Source: Arenicellales bacterium
GTDB taxonomy: Bacteria; Pseudomonadota; Gammaproteobacteria; Arenicellales; Poriferihabitantaceae
DNA length: 64,000 bases
Direction: 5' to 3'
Assembly (NCBI GenBank): GCA_963665165.1
Contig: OY761989.1
Coordinates: 2,286,287 to 2,350,286, forward strand
A program made the position numbers and the translations under genes. Within the stretch, counting starts at the first letter, position 1. Each line of letters starts with the position of its first letter. Shown here piece by piece: positions 19,415 through 28,669 of the stretch. Under the pieces are notes generated by a model. That model searched no databases. It saw only the letters and a list, made by a program, of their open reading frames with translations, and had not been told where the DNA came from.

Positions 19415-21013
19415 ATGAGTGTAGAAAACGAAATCAGAAAATTGCAAAAGCAGGTCTCGGAAAACCAGATGAGCCGTCGTCGCTTCATGCAGGGCGCAAT
19501 GGCGCTTGGCGTAGGCGCAATGGCGCCGTCGCTTTACAGTGAAGCAGCCAGGGCGGCGCCCAAGGTAGGCGGGGTTTACCGGATGGGTCTGGGCGGCGCC
19601 AACACCGGGGATTCCATGAACCCGGACAACAACGGCGACACCTTCATGATCAACCTGAACCAGGGTATCGTGCGCAACCCCCTGGTTGAAGTCAATGCCT
19701 ACGGGCAGGCCGTCCCGGAACTCGCGGAAACGCTCGAACCTTCCGCCGATGCTTCCGTTTGGCGGGTCAAACTGAAAAAGGGTATTGAATTCCATAGCGG
19801 GAAATCCCTGACCATGGATGACGTCATCGCTTCGATCGAACATCATCGCGGCGAAAATTCCACATCTGACGCCAAATCGGTGGCTGAGTCTCTGGGCGCC
19901 CTTTCAAAGGATGGCGACACTTTGGTATTCACCCTGGAAAGCGGCAATGCCGACTTCGCCTACCTGCTCAGCGACTATCATATCCTGATTGGCGCGGCGG
20001 ATGACATGGGTAATATCGACTGGGCATCCGGCGACGGCACCGGCCCATACAGTCTGGTCGAGTTTGAACCCGGTGTGCGGGCAACGGCAAAACGGAATCC
20101 GAACTACTTCAAGGAAAACGAAGGCAACTTCGATGAAGTGCACATCACCGCAATCAACGATACCGCCGCCCGGATGAACTCCATGGTGACCGGCCAGGTC
20201 GATGCGATTGCGCGTTGTGACCTCAAAACCGCCGGCCTGCTGGAGAAAAAGCCCGATGTCGATGTGCTCCAGGTTTCCGCCACCAAGCACTTCACTTACC
20301 CGATGGATGTGCGGGTTGCGCCTTTCAGCGATAACAATGTGCGTCTGGCGCTGAAATACGGCATGGACCGCCAGGGCTTCGTCGATACTGTTCTGCGCGG
20401 TTACGGTTCGGTTGGCAACGACCACCCCATCGCCTCGACCCAGAATTACCATGCGTCCGACCTGCCTCAACGTCAATACGATATCGACAAGGCCAAATGG
20501 CATCTGAAACAGGCCGGTTACGAGAGCCTGGATCTGGAACTGTCGGCAGCCGACGCCGCATTTGGCGGCGCCGTGGAAGCATCGGAACTGTACGCCGAAG
20601 CGCTGCGTCCGGCTGGCGTCAATCTGACTGTCAAACGGGTATCTCCGGACGGCTATTGGGATAATGTCTGGATGAATGTGCCGTGGTCGGCATGCTACTG
20701 GAGCGGTCGACCGACTGCCGACTGGATGTTCACCATTGGCTACAAGGCTGGCGGCAACTGGACCGACAGTTTCTGGAATCATGCCCGTTTCGAAGAGTTG
20801 CTGGTCATGGGCCGCGCCGAACTCGACGAAGCGAAGCGAAGGGACATCTATGTTGAAATGCAGACCATCGTCAGTAACGAAGGTGGCGTAATTGTGCCCT
20901 GTTTCGCCAACAACGTCGATGCCGCTTCCACCGCGCTCGGCCGTCCGGCCAAACTCGCAGCCAACTGGGAACTTGATGGCTCTCGCAGCGCAGCGCGCTG
21001 GTGGTTCGCATAA
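19415..21013 (+). CDS. ABC transporter substrate-binding protein, DppA/OppA family, Tat-exported
   Basis: SRRRFM twin-arginine signal; LAE, GTGPY, VRLALK and WNHARF motifs. Confidence 0.9.
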   Translation: MSVENEIRKLQKQVSENQMSRRRFMQGAMALGVGAMAPSLYSEAARAAPKVGGVYRMGLGGANTGDSMNPDNNGDTFMINLNQGIVRNPLVEVNAYGQAVPELAETLEPSADASVWRVKLKKGIEFHSGKSLTMDDVIASIEHHRGENSTSDAKSVAESLGALSKDGDTLVFTLESGNADFAYLLSDYHILIGAADDMGNIDWASGDGTGPYSLVEFEPGVRATAKRNPNYFKENEGNFDEVHITAINDTAARMNSMVTGQVDAIARCDLKTAGLLEKKPDVDVLQVSATKHFTYPMDVRVAPFSDNNVRLALKYGMDRQGFVDTVLRGYGSVGNDHPIASTQNYHASDLPQRQYDIDKAKWHLKQAGYESLDLELSAADAAFGGAVEASELYAEALRPAGVNLTVKRVSPDGYWDNVWMNVPWSACYWSGRPTADWMFTIGYKAGGNWTDSFWNHARFEELLVMGRAELDEAKRRDIYVEMQTIVSNEGGVIVPCFANNVDAASTALGRPAKLAANWELDGSRSAARWWFA

Positions 21014-21064
21014 TCTTTACCGATGTGTTTACAGTCCGGTTTTGCAGTTTGACAGTGCAAAACG

Positions 21065-21102
21065 AAAAGGCGGTCAGGAATCCCTGATCGCCTTTTTATT
21101 TT
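21065..21102 (+). terminator. Intrinsic terminator/stabilising hairpin after the SBP gene
   Basis: AAAAGGCGGTCAGG-AATC-CCTGATCGCCTTTT followed by a T-rich tract. Confidence 0.75.
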
Positions 21103-21136
21103 CTGTAAAACCCTTCAACCCAACCCCCCGCCACGG

Positions 21137-22096
21137 ATGAAAAACCCCCTGTTGCGCATGATCGCCAACCGGATCGGCCTCGGCCTGTTCACCCTGCTGG
21201 CGATTTCATTCCTGATTACCGTCGGCGTGGAATTGCTTTCCGGCGATGTCTGTACCGCGATCATGGGGCAGATGGCGAGTCCGGAAACGGTCGCTGCCTG
21301 CCATGCGAAACTGAACCTGGATCGGCCCCTGCTGGTGCGCTATCTGGAATGGTTGTTCAACTTCCTGCAAGGGGATATGGGCAGTTCCCTCGCTAATGAG
21401 AGAACCGTCCAGGAGCTGATCAGCGCCAGAATCGGCAACACGCTCTATCTCGCCGCGCTCTCATCCCTGGTGGCCATTCCCCTCGGGATCGCGTTGGGCG
21501 TTGTGGCTGCCCTGTATCGAAATACCGGGTTTGACCGCGGTATTTCAGTCACCACCCTGAGCGCCATTTCGGTCCCGGATTTTTTCGTGGCCTATATCCT
21601 GATGGCCCTGTTCGCGGTCAAGTTCAGCCTGTTCCCGGCCATTTCAAACGTATCGGAGGATATGGGGTTCTGGGAGCGGTTTTATGTATCAGGACTGCCG
21701 GTCTTCACCCTGACCCTGATCTCCATCGCGCACCTGATGCGGATGACACGGGCTTCCATCGTCAACCTGCTGGCGAGTCCGTACATCGAAATGGCGAAAC
21801 TGAAAGGCGTCAAACCGGCCAGGATCATCATCAAACATGCCCTGCCCAATGCCTGGGCGCCGATCATCCAGGTCGTCGTCCTCAATATCGCATTCATGGT
21901 GGTCGGCGTTGTGATCATAGAAGTGGTATTCGTGTATCCCGGCCTGGGGGCGCTGATGGTGGATTCGGTGCAGCTTCGCAACATGCCGGTAGTACGCGCC
22001 ACTGCAATGATCTTCGCGGCGGCTTATATCCTGTTGAACCTGCTGGCCGATGTGCTTTCCATCATTGCCAATCCGAGACTGCGGCACCGGAGATAG
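21137..22096 (+). CDS. ABC permease (DppB-like)
   Basis: LDRPLLVRY, GDMGSS, YIEMAKLKG, HALPNA motifs. Confidence 0.92.
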   Translation: MKNPLLRMIANRIGLGLFTLLAISFLITVGVELLSGDVCTAIMGQMASPETVAACHAKLNLDRPLLVRYLEWLFNFLQGDMGSSLANERTVQELISARIGNTLYLAALSSLVAIPLGIALGVVAALYRNTGFDRGISVTTLSAISVPDFFVAYILMALFAVKFSLFPAISNVSEDMGFWERFYVSGLPVFTLTLISIAHLMRMTRASIVNLLASPYIEMAKLKGVKPARIIIKHALPNAWAPIIQVVVLNIAFMVVGVVIIEVVFVYPGLGALMVDSVQLRNMPVVRATAMIFAAAYILLNLLADVLSIIANPRLRHRR

Positions 22097-22098
22097 GC

Positions 22099-22944
22099 GT
22101 GAAAGAAGCGGGCATGAAAATACTGGAATACATCGGAGACCTCAACTGGAGCGCCCGGATCGGCTTGTTCATCATTCTGTTTTTCGCGTTCTGCGCCATC
22201 TTCGCGCCCTGGCTGGCCCCCTATGGAGAAAGCGAGATAGTGGGGGATGTGTGGGAACCGATTGGCGGGGAATTCGTGTTCGGCACGGATATCATCGGCA
22301 GGGATATGCTGTCCCGGCTGATTTTCGGGGCGCGCAACACAATCGTACTCGCGCTGTTGACCACAATCTGTTCGTTCACCCTCGGCAGTGTAATGGGGTT
22401 CATAGCCGCGACAAAGGGCGGCATGATCGATCAGGTTCTCAGTCGAATCGTGGACATCATCATATCGGTACCGACGCTGATCTGCGCGTTGATCGTGGTA
22501 TCCGCTGTCGGCACCTCCTTTTTCGTCCTGGCTGTCGTGATCGGCATCATCTACGCCATGCCGGTATACCGTATTGCCAGGGCAGTCGCGATGGACATCG
22601 AGGTGATGGACTATGTCGAAGCCGCCAGACTGCGCGGCGAAGGCCTGTGGTGGATCATGAAACGGGAGATCCTGCCCAATGCGATGACTCCGCTGGCCGC
22701 CGAATTCGGCTTGCGCTTCTGCTTCGTGTTCCTGCTGATCAGTGGTCTGAGCTTCCTCGGGCTGGGACTGCAACCCCCCCTTGCCGACTGGGGCGCGATG
22801 GTTCGCTCCAATTCCGAAGGGATCGCCTGGGGTTTCCTGCATCCCCTGATACCCGCTTCGTGTATCGCCCTGCTCACCATCGGCATCAACCTGCTGGTCG
22901 ATTCGCTGGTACATAAAGCCAGCGGTTTGCGCGATGAACACTGA
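22099..22944 (+). CDS. ABC permease (DppC-like)
   Basis: FGTDIIGRD, YVEAARLRGE, EILPN, LSFLGLG motifs; alternative ATG at 22114. Confidence 0.92.
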   Translation: MKEAGMKILEYIGDLNWSARIGLFIILFFAFCAIFAPWLAPYGESEIVGDVWEPIGGEFVFGTDIIGRDMLSRLIFGARNTIVLALLTTICSFTLGSVMGFIAATKGGMIDQVLSRIVDIIISVPTLICALIVVSAVGTSFFVLAVVIGIIYAMPVYRIARAVAMDIEVMDYVEAARLRGEGLWWIMKREILPNAMTPLAAEFGLRFCFVFLLISGLSFLGLGLQPPLADWGAMVRSNSEGIAWGFLHPLIPASCIALLTIGINLLVDSLVHKASGLRDEH

Positions 22945-22967
22945 GACGCCTGCCCGCGCGACAAGCC

Positions 22968-24614
22968 ATGACTGACCGACTACTGGAAATCCGGGATATC
23001 CTGATCGAAGCGGAGATCGAAGGACAATGGACGCCAATCGTAAACAACCTCTCCATGACCCTGGAGCGCGGAGAAATCGTCGGGTTGATTGGCGAATCCG
23101 GCGCCGGGAAATCCACTTTCGGCCTCTGCGCCCTGGGCTATACCAAGCCCGGATGCCGGATCGTTTCAGGCTCGATCAAACTGGACGGGATGGAACTGAC
23201 CGGCCAGCCGGAATCGGTCCTGCGGGAGATTCGCGGCAACAAGGTCGCCTATGTGGCGCAAAGCGCCGCCGCGTCATTCAATCCGGCCCACACGCTTCTT
23301 GAACAATTTTCCGAAGCTCCGGTGCAACACGGCAAGATGAAAACCTCCGAGGCGGCCATCCGGGGACGGGAACTTTACAAACAGCTTGATTTGCCTGAAC
23401 CGGACACCATCGGCGAAAGATACCCGCACCAGGTCTCCGGCGGGCAGTTGCAAAGGGCGATGACCGCCATGGCGCTCGGCAGCAACCCGGACATCATCAT
23501 TTTTGACGAGCCCACGACGGCTCTGGATGTCACCACCCAGATTGAAGTGCTGTCCGCCATCAAAGAGGCGGTGAAATCGCGCCATGTCGCCGCGATTTAC
23601 ATCACCCACGATCTGGCCGTTGTCGCACAAATGGCCGACCGCATCATGGTGCTGCGTTACGGTGACCTGATCGAAGAGGGCGATGCCCGTGAAATGCTGG
23701 CAAACCCGAAAGAAGATTATACGCGCCAGTTGCTGGCAGTCCGGTCCCTGCGTGAACAGCGGACTGGAGACGCGCGCGAAGACACTATACTGGAAGTGGA
23801 GAATGTGACCGCGCGCTATCCGGGTACAACGACGGATGTCCTTCAGGACATCCACGTCAAGCTGCAAAAAGGCAAGACAGTCGCAATCGTCGGCGAATCG
23901 GGAAGCGGCAAAAGCACACTGGCCAGAGTGATCACCGGACTGTTGCCGCCGTCCACAGGATCAATCACCTACCGCGGCGAAGTATTGCCCCCGGGCCTCA
24001 AGGAAAAGAGCAAGGAGAACCTCCGCTCCATCCAGATGATTTACCAGATGGCCGATGTGGCGATGAATCCCCGTCAACGAATCCGGGAGATTATTGGCCG
24101 CCCCCTGGAGTTCTATCACGATATTTCAGGCCAGGCCAACGAAGCGAGAGTGCTCGAATTACTGGAAAAAATTGAAATTCCCGGCAGCTATATGGACCGA
24201 TACCCGGCCCAGCTTTCCGGCGGGGAAAAACAGCGTATCTGCATTGCCCGCGCGCTGGCCGCGGAACCGGAACTGATCATCTGCGATGAAGTGACCTCCG
24301 CTCTCGACCAGCTGGTTGCCGAAGGCATCCTGGACCTGCTGCAAAACCTGCAGAATGATCTCAACGTTTCCTATCTGTTCATCACTCACGACCTGGCTAC
24401 GGTCAAGGCGATTGCAGATGAAATCGTGGTGATGTACCAGGGCCGGATCGTGGAGCAGGGTCCGAAGAAGGAAATCCTGGAACCGCCCTGGGAAGACTAT
24501 ACGGAGTTGCTACTGTCTTCGGTCCCGGAAATGGACCCCGACTGGCTCGACGAACTGGTTCAACGACGACTGCGCGGCGAAGCCCCCACCGCCGACACCC
24601 TCAGGCAACGATAA
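22968..24614 (+). CDS. ABC ATPase, fused DppD/DppF
   Basis: Two Walker A motifs (GESGAGKS, GESGSGKS), VSGGQ/LSGGE signatures, DEPT/DEVT. Confidence 0.93.
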   Translation: MTDRLLEIRDILIEAEIEGQWTPIVNNLSMTLERGEIVGLIGESGAGKSTFGLCALGYTKPGCRIVSGSIKLDGMELTGQPESVLREIRGNKVAYVAQSAAASFNPAHTLLEQFSEAPVQHGKMKTSEAAIRGRELYKQLDLPEPDTIGERYPHQVSGGQLQRAMTAMALGSNPDIIIFDEPTTALDVTTQIEVLSAIKEAVKSRHVAAIYITHDLAVVAQMADRIMVLRYGDLIEEGDAREMLANPKEDYTRQLLAVRSLREQRTGDAREDTILEVENVTARYPGTTTDVLQDIHVKLQKGKTVAIVGESGSGKSTLARVITGLLPPSTGSITYRGEVLPPGLKEKSKENLRSIQMIYQMADVAMNPRQRIREIIGRPLEFYHDISGQANEARVLELLEKIEIPGSYMDRYPAQLSGGEKQRICIARALAAEPELIICDEVTSALDQLVAEGILDLLQNLQNDLNVSYLFITHDLATVKAIADEIVVMYQGRIVEQGPKKEILEPPWEDYTELLLSSVPEMDPDWLDELVQRRLRGEAPTADTLRQR

Positions 24615-24620
24615 ACAGCC

Positions 24621-24812
24621 CGTCATCTGATTTTTAAAATGCCGTCTACACGGAGCGAATTCTGGAAAACCAGACTGGAACATAATCGCCAACGGGATTC
24701 AGAAGTCCGCTCAGCTCTTTTGGAGTCAGGATGGAGGCTTCTTGTTATCTGGGAGTGTGCCTTGAAGGGAAAAGATTGTACAGGAGAAATAAAGGGAAGG
24801 CCGGAAGAGTAG
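24621..24812 (+). pseudogene. vsr: C-terminal remnant of Vsr very-short-patch repair endonuclease
   Basis: Translates FKMPSTRSEFWKTRLEHNRQRDSEVRSALLESGWRLLVIWECALKGK, the Vsr C-terminal signature; the N-terminal half is absent. Confidence 0.8.
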
Positions 24813-24908
24813 AACGACAGCCCAGGTACAGGCAGTTGCAGTAATCATTCGCCGCGTTTTTCGAGTTCGTCCAACCGCGCTTTCATCGGGTCGGCTGGAG
24901 CTTCCGGG

Positions 24909-25211
24909 TCATACCGAAAATCCGTAGTGGGTGCCGTCGGGAAACTCGACATCGACACGCAACTTGCCGCCGGTCGCTTCTACATAGCGCTTCAGGGACG
25001 ACAGTTTCAAGTCACGACCCGGCTTCTCCATACCCGACACGGTCGGTTGTTTGATCCCAAGAGTAAGCGCGATCTCTTTCTGGGTTTTTTGTGCACGCTC
25101 TCGCAACTCTGCCAAATGGATGTCAAGCAGCATCTCTGCCGCTTTTTCCCGCGCTTTGGCAACTACTTCGGGCTTCTCTGTTGTCAGTATCTGATCAAGC
25201 GTTCTTGCCAT
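24909..25211 (-). CDS. XRE/HTH antitoxin (HigA/Ata-like)
   Basis: LAELRE..KTQKEIALTLGIKQPTVSGME...LSSLKRYVEATGGKL; downstream of the toxin. Confidence 0.88.
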   Translation of the reverse strand: MARTLDQILTTEKPEVVAKAREKAAEMLLDIHLAELRERAQKTQKEIALTLGIKQPTVSGMEKPGRDLKLSSLKRYVEATGGKLRVDVEFPDGTHYGFSV

Positions 25212-25215
25212 AATG

Positions 25216-25566
25216 TTACCCTTTCTTCAGTTTCTCCAGATGTGCCGTGAATTCACGATCAGCCACCCGGATCATCGTCTCATAAAATCTTTTCCCATCC
25301 CCGGTCTTGTTACCGGCGCAAAGCAATATCCCTTTCCGTTCTGGGTCAAACGCGAAAAACGCCCTGATCGGATTGCCTTTGCTCTGGATTCGCAATTCTT
25401 TCATATTGCTATGGCGTGAACCGTTCACAGTGTCCGAATATGGCCGCGACAACATGGGGCCTCTTTCCTCAAGCACTATAAGCGATGCCAGCACATTGGT
25501 CCTGTCAACATCATCCAGAGCATCAAGCCACTCGTCAAAGGTGTCGGTTGTTTCGATAACCCACAT
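25216..25566 (-). CDS. RelE/ParE-superfamily toxin (Gp49/HigB/Tad-like)
   Basis: FDEWL, GPMLSRPYSDT, SRHSNMKELR, RAFFAFDPER and AGNK motifs. Confidence 0.88.
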   Translation of the reverse strand: MWVIETTDTFDEWLDALDDVDRTNVLASLIVLEERGPMLSRPYSDTVNGSRHSNMKELRIQSKGNPIRAFFAFDPERKGILLCAGNKTGDGKRFYETMIRVADREFTAHLEKLKKG

Positions 25567-25583
25567 GACTCTTCCTTGTCAAA

Positions 25584-25623
25584 ATATAGGTTGAATGCTA
25601 TATAGCTGCAACTTTAATGTCAA
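25584..25623 (-). promoter_or_regulatory. Sigma70 promoter of the TA operon with overlapping inverted-repeat operator
   Basis: Minus strand TTGACA (25623-25618)-17 nt-TAGCAT (25600-25595); ATATAG-N8-CTATAT palindrome at 25584-25603. Confidence 0.7.
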
Positions 25624-25717
25624 GCGATTTTGTTCAGAGCAGACTTTTACTGATTCTTCTTTAACATCCTTGTATTTCTGGCACGGAATGCCATAATTGC
25701 GGGGATGATCGCGCGTC

Positions 25718-26641
25718 TCAGGCCGGGATCACGTCCGGGAAGCCATCGGCGCGTAATTCGTCACCGACCTCCTCTTCCAGCATTTTGACCACATGCGGCG
25801 TCCAGGCGTCGCCGCCATACTTGTCCCTCGATGCCTCGAACTGCGCTTTGACCAGATGGGCCAGCTTGAGCGGCACCTGGTATTTCTCCCCCAGGTCGGT
25901 GACGAATCCCAGATCCTTCAATCCGAGGTCCGTGGTAAACCCGGTATTCAATGATCCATTCAGGATCACCGGAGCCCAGTCTTCAAATTCCCGGCTGGTT
26001 CCGGAACTTGCGCAAATGGCCTGGTAACACATCGCCAGGTCCAGTCCTCCCTTTTTCGCCAGCATCAATGCCTCGCCGGTCGCCACCAGATCGACCAGGC
26101 ACAATAAATTGGAAATCACCTTGATCAGGGACGCGCTGCCAATATCCCCCGTATGAATGACCTGGCCCGCCAACAACTCGAAAAGCGGCAAGTGCCGCTC
26201 GAATACGACCCTGTCCCCGCCAACCAGTACCGTCATTTCCCCTCTTGCCGCCCGATGCACGCCGCCTGTCACCGGGGCTTCGAGCAACGCCACTCCTTTC
26301 GCTGCCGGGATTTCCCGCATTTTCCTGATCCCGTCGACGCCGACCGTGCTCATTTCGATCCATGTACTACCCGGCCGCATGGCGGCCAGAGCGCCGCTGC
26401 CGCCCAGCATGGCTTGCCCGGACGCGGCGGGAGACGGCAGACAGGTGATTACGGGATCGCACCTTTTCGCCAGATCCACGACAGAATCGGCCGCGGCGGC
26501 CCCTTGCCGGGCCAGACCGCTCACTCTGGACGGGTCGAGGTCGAATACCACGATGGATGGATGCGCTTTCAGCGCCACCGACGCAAGCCGGGCGCCGAGT
26601 TGCCCCAGGCCGATAAACCCCGGATTCATCGCTGGATCCAT
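25718..26641 (-). CDS. NAD(P)-dependent oxidoreductase, 3-hydroxyisobutyrate dehydrogenase family
   Basis: GFIGLGQLG, TCLPSPA, WIEMST, EAPVTGG, KVISN and KDL motifs; start 26641 or 26629. Confidence 0.85.
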   Translation of the reverse strand: MDPAMNPGFIGLGQLGARLASVALKAHPSIVVFDLDPSRVSGLARQGAAAADSVVDLAKRCDPVITCLPSPAASGQAMLGGSGALAAMRPGSTWIEMSTVGVDGIRKMREIPAAKGVALLEAPVTGGVHRAARGEMTVLVGGDRVVFERHLPLFELLAGQVIHTGDIGSASLIKVISNLLCLVDLVATGEALMLAKKGGLDLAMCYQAICASSGTSREFEDWAPVILNGSLNTGFTTDLGLKDLGFVTDLGEKYQVPLKLAHLVKAQFEASRDKYGGDAWTPHVVKMLEEEVGDELRADGFPDVIPA

Positions 26642-26686
26642 GGGACGGGAATCTCTCGGCAATCGGAAACAGGGATCAGGAACCCC

Positions 26687-27571
26687 TTATTTCCCGGCAA
26701 GGCCGAGTTTCGTTCTGGCCTCATCGGCAGACAATGCGCGCCCGCCCAACCTGTTTATGATTTCAACCGCTCTTTGCACCAGTTGGCCATTGGTGGCCAG
26801 CACGCCGCGATCCAGGTAGATGTTGTCTTCCAGACCGACCCGGACATTGCCGCCCAGCACCATGGCCTGGGCGACCATCGGCATCTGCATTCTGGAAATA
26901 CCGAATCCGGCCCATACCGCGTTATCCGGCAACGCCTGTTTCATGGCAACCATGGTTTCGGTATCGGCTCCGGCGCCCCACGGAATGCCGAGGCAAATCT
27001 GGAACATCGGCGGAGCGTCGATCAATCCTTCATCGACCAGTGACCGGGCCAACCGGATCTGGCCGAGGTCGAATACCTCCAGTTCAGGCTTGACCCCGAG
27101 TTGCCGGGTCATTTCCGCCATCTTCCTCAAATAAGCGGGCGTGTTCAGATACAGGTCATTCGCGTTCCCGAAAATCATGGTACCGCAGTCCAGGCTGCAA
27201 ATATCCGGCATGCATTCAATCACATGCGCGAGCCGCTCTTCCGGCCCGACCATATCCGTACCCGGCCCCGGCATCGAGGGGTCCTCCTCACTCGGAACCC
27301 AGTCTCCTCCCATGCCCGCGGTCAGATTGATGACGACATCGACCCCGCTGTCCCTGACCCGATCCACCGTTTCCCGGAACAGGCCCACATCCCTCGACCC
27401 CTGGCCGGTTTCCGGGTCGCGCACATGAATATGCGCAATCGCAGCGCCGGCTTTAGCGGATTCGATGACCGCGGCGGCAATCTGTTCCGGAGTCACCGGC
27501 ACCTTGTCACTCCGCCCGGTGGTATCGCCGGCCCCGGTTACCGCACAGGTTATGATTACTTCGTTGTTCAT
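26687..27571 (-). CDS. Beta-keto acid cleavage enzyme (BKACE/DUF849; 3-dehydrocarnitine cleavage, CdhC-like)
   Basis: [38 protein letters not shown] and RVGLEDN motifs; ATG at 27571. Confidence 0.88.
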   Translation of the reverse strand: MNNEVIITCAVTGAGDTTGRSDKVPVTPEQIAAAVIESAKAGAAIAHIHVRDPETGQGSRDVGLFRETVDRVRDSGVDVVINLTAGMGGDWVPSEEDPSMPGPGTDMVGPEERLAHVIECMPDICSLDCGTMIFGNANDLYLNTPAYLRKMAEMTRQLGVKPELEVFDLGQIRLARSLVDEGLIDAPPMFQICLGIPWGAGADTETMVAMKQALPDNAVWAGFGISRMQMPMVAQAMVLGGNVRVGLEDNIYLDRGVLATNGQLVQRAVEIINRLGGRALSADEARTKLGLAGK

Positions 27572-27626
27572 GTCATGGGTTACCGTATGCAAAGCGGTCA
27601 TTCTACCAGACGGAACCAGCACGGTA

Positions 27627-27674
27627 TATCACCGCAATTATCCCCGCAAATATCTCCGCAAATATTCCCGCAAG
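27627..27674. repeat. 4 x 12-bp direct tandem repeat (TATcyCCGCAAn)
   Basis: tatcaccgcaat tatccccgcaaa tatctccgcaaa tattcccgcaag, in the intergenic region upstream of the BKACE gene. Confidence 0.85.
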
Positions 27675-27730
27675 CGCCACTTTATTTCGCCATTCACACA
27701 CGGCCGGGAATGACGGCCATGGCAGAAGCG

Positions 27731-28507
27731 TTACCTGGAAATGTTATTGAGTTGTTTGCCGATCACATTCAGTTTTTCCGCTATTTCGTCTTGCCGTATC
27801 CTGAGTTCCGCCAGTTCGGCGTGCTGGTCCCCTTCATGCTCGGCCTGCATCGCGGACACGATGATCCCGATGAACAGATTCAGCACCGTAAACGATGTAC
27901 ACAATATGAATATGACAAAAAAGGACCAGGCCATCGGAAAGACTTCCATCACGGGCCTGACTATACCCATCGACCAACTCTCCAGGGTCATGATCTGGAA
28001 CAACGAGTAGGCGGACAGGCCAATGGAACCGAACCAGTCCGGGAAATCACCTCCAAACAACTTCGTCGCCATCACGGAAAACACGTAAAAAACCAGCAGC
28101 AACAGGCAGGTTATCGACCCCATTCCCGGTAATGCCGCAACCAGCCCTCCCACAACCCGTTTCAGAGACGGCATGACACTGATCAGACGCAACACCCTCA
28201 AAATCCGGAGCGCCCTCAATATGGAAAGATTGCCGCTCACCGGAATCAACGAAATGGAAACCACCAGGAAATCGAAAATCCGCCATGGATCGTGGAAGAA
28301 CCTGAATCGATAAACCAACATTCTGGCCAGGACCTCGATGGTGAACACGCCCAGAATGACCTTGTCCAGAACGATCAGGACCGTCCCCATCCGGTCCATC
28401 ACAACGGCATCGGTTTCCAGTCCCAGGATGATCCCGTTGATCACGATCAGTACAATGATGAAAGTCTCGAACTTGCGGCTTTCCAGCAATACTTTTATAT
28501 TTTTCAT
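27731..28507 (-). CDS. Bacterial voltage-gated sodium channel (BacNav)
   Basis: Six TM segments, DPWRIFDF, S4 LRALRILRVLRLIS, selectivity filter FQIMTLESWSMG, NLFIGIIV and a C-terminal coiled coil; ATG at 28507. Confidence 0.93.
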   Translation of the reverse strand: MKNIKVLLESRKFETFIIVLIVINGIILGLETDAVVMDRMGTVLIVLDKVILGVFTIEVLARMLVYRFRFFHDPWRIFDFLVVSISLIPVSGNLSILRALRILRVLRLISVMPSLKRVVGGLVAALPGMGSITCLLLLVFYVFSVMATKLFGGDFPDWFGSIGLSAYSLFQIMTLESWSMGIVRPVMEVFPMAWSFFVIFILCTSFTVLNLFIGIIVSAMQAEHEGDQHAELAELRIRQDEIAEKLNVIGKQLNNISR

Positions 28508-28669
28508 ATCTTTACATGTTTCCTTTTTTTCAATACTTTCCCACGGGGCTTGACCCGGCGCATCCGTTGCGGATTCGACCCGCCAGCCTCGTACCGGTGG
28601 AAATTTTCTCAAACTGCGAGTATGATCGAAACCCTGTCATGAATAATCGATTGGAGTTTTCCGGATACA

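Noticed and set aside
27627-27674. CRISPR array
   Set aside because: The repeats are 12 bp and contiguous, with no spacers and no cas genes.
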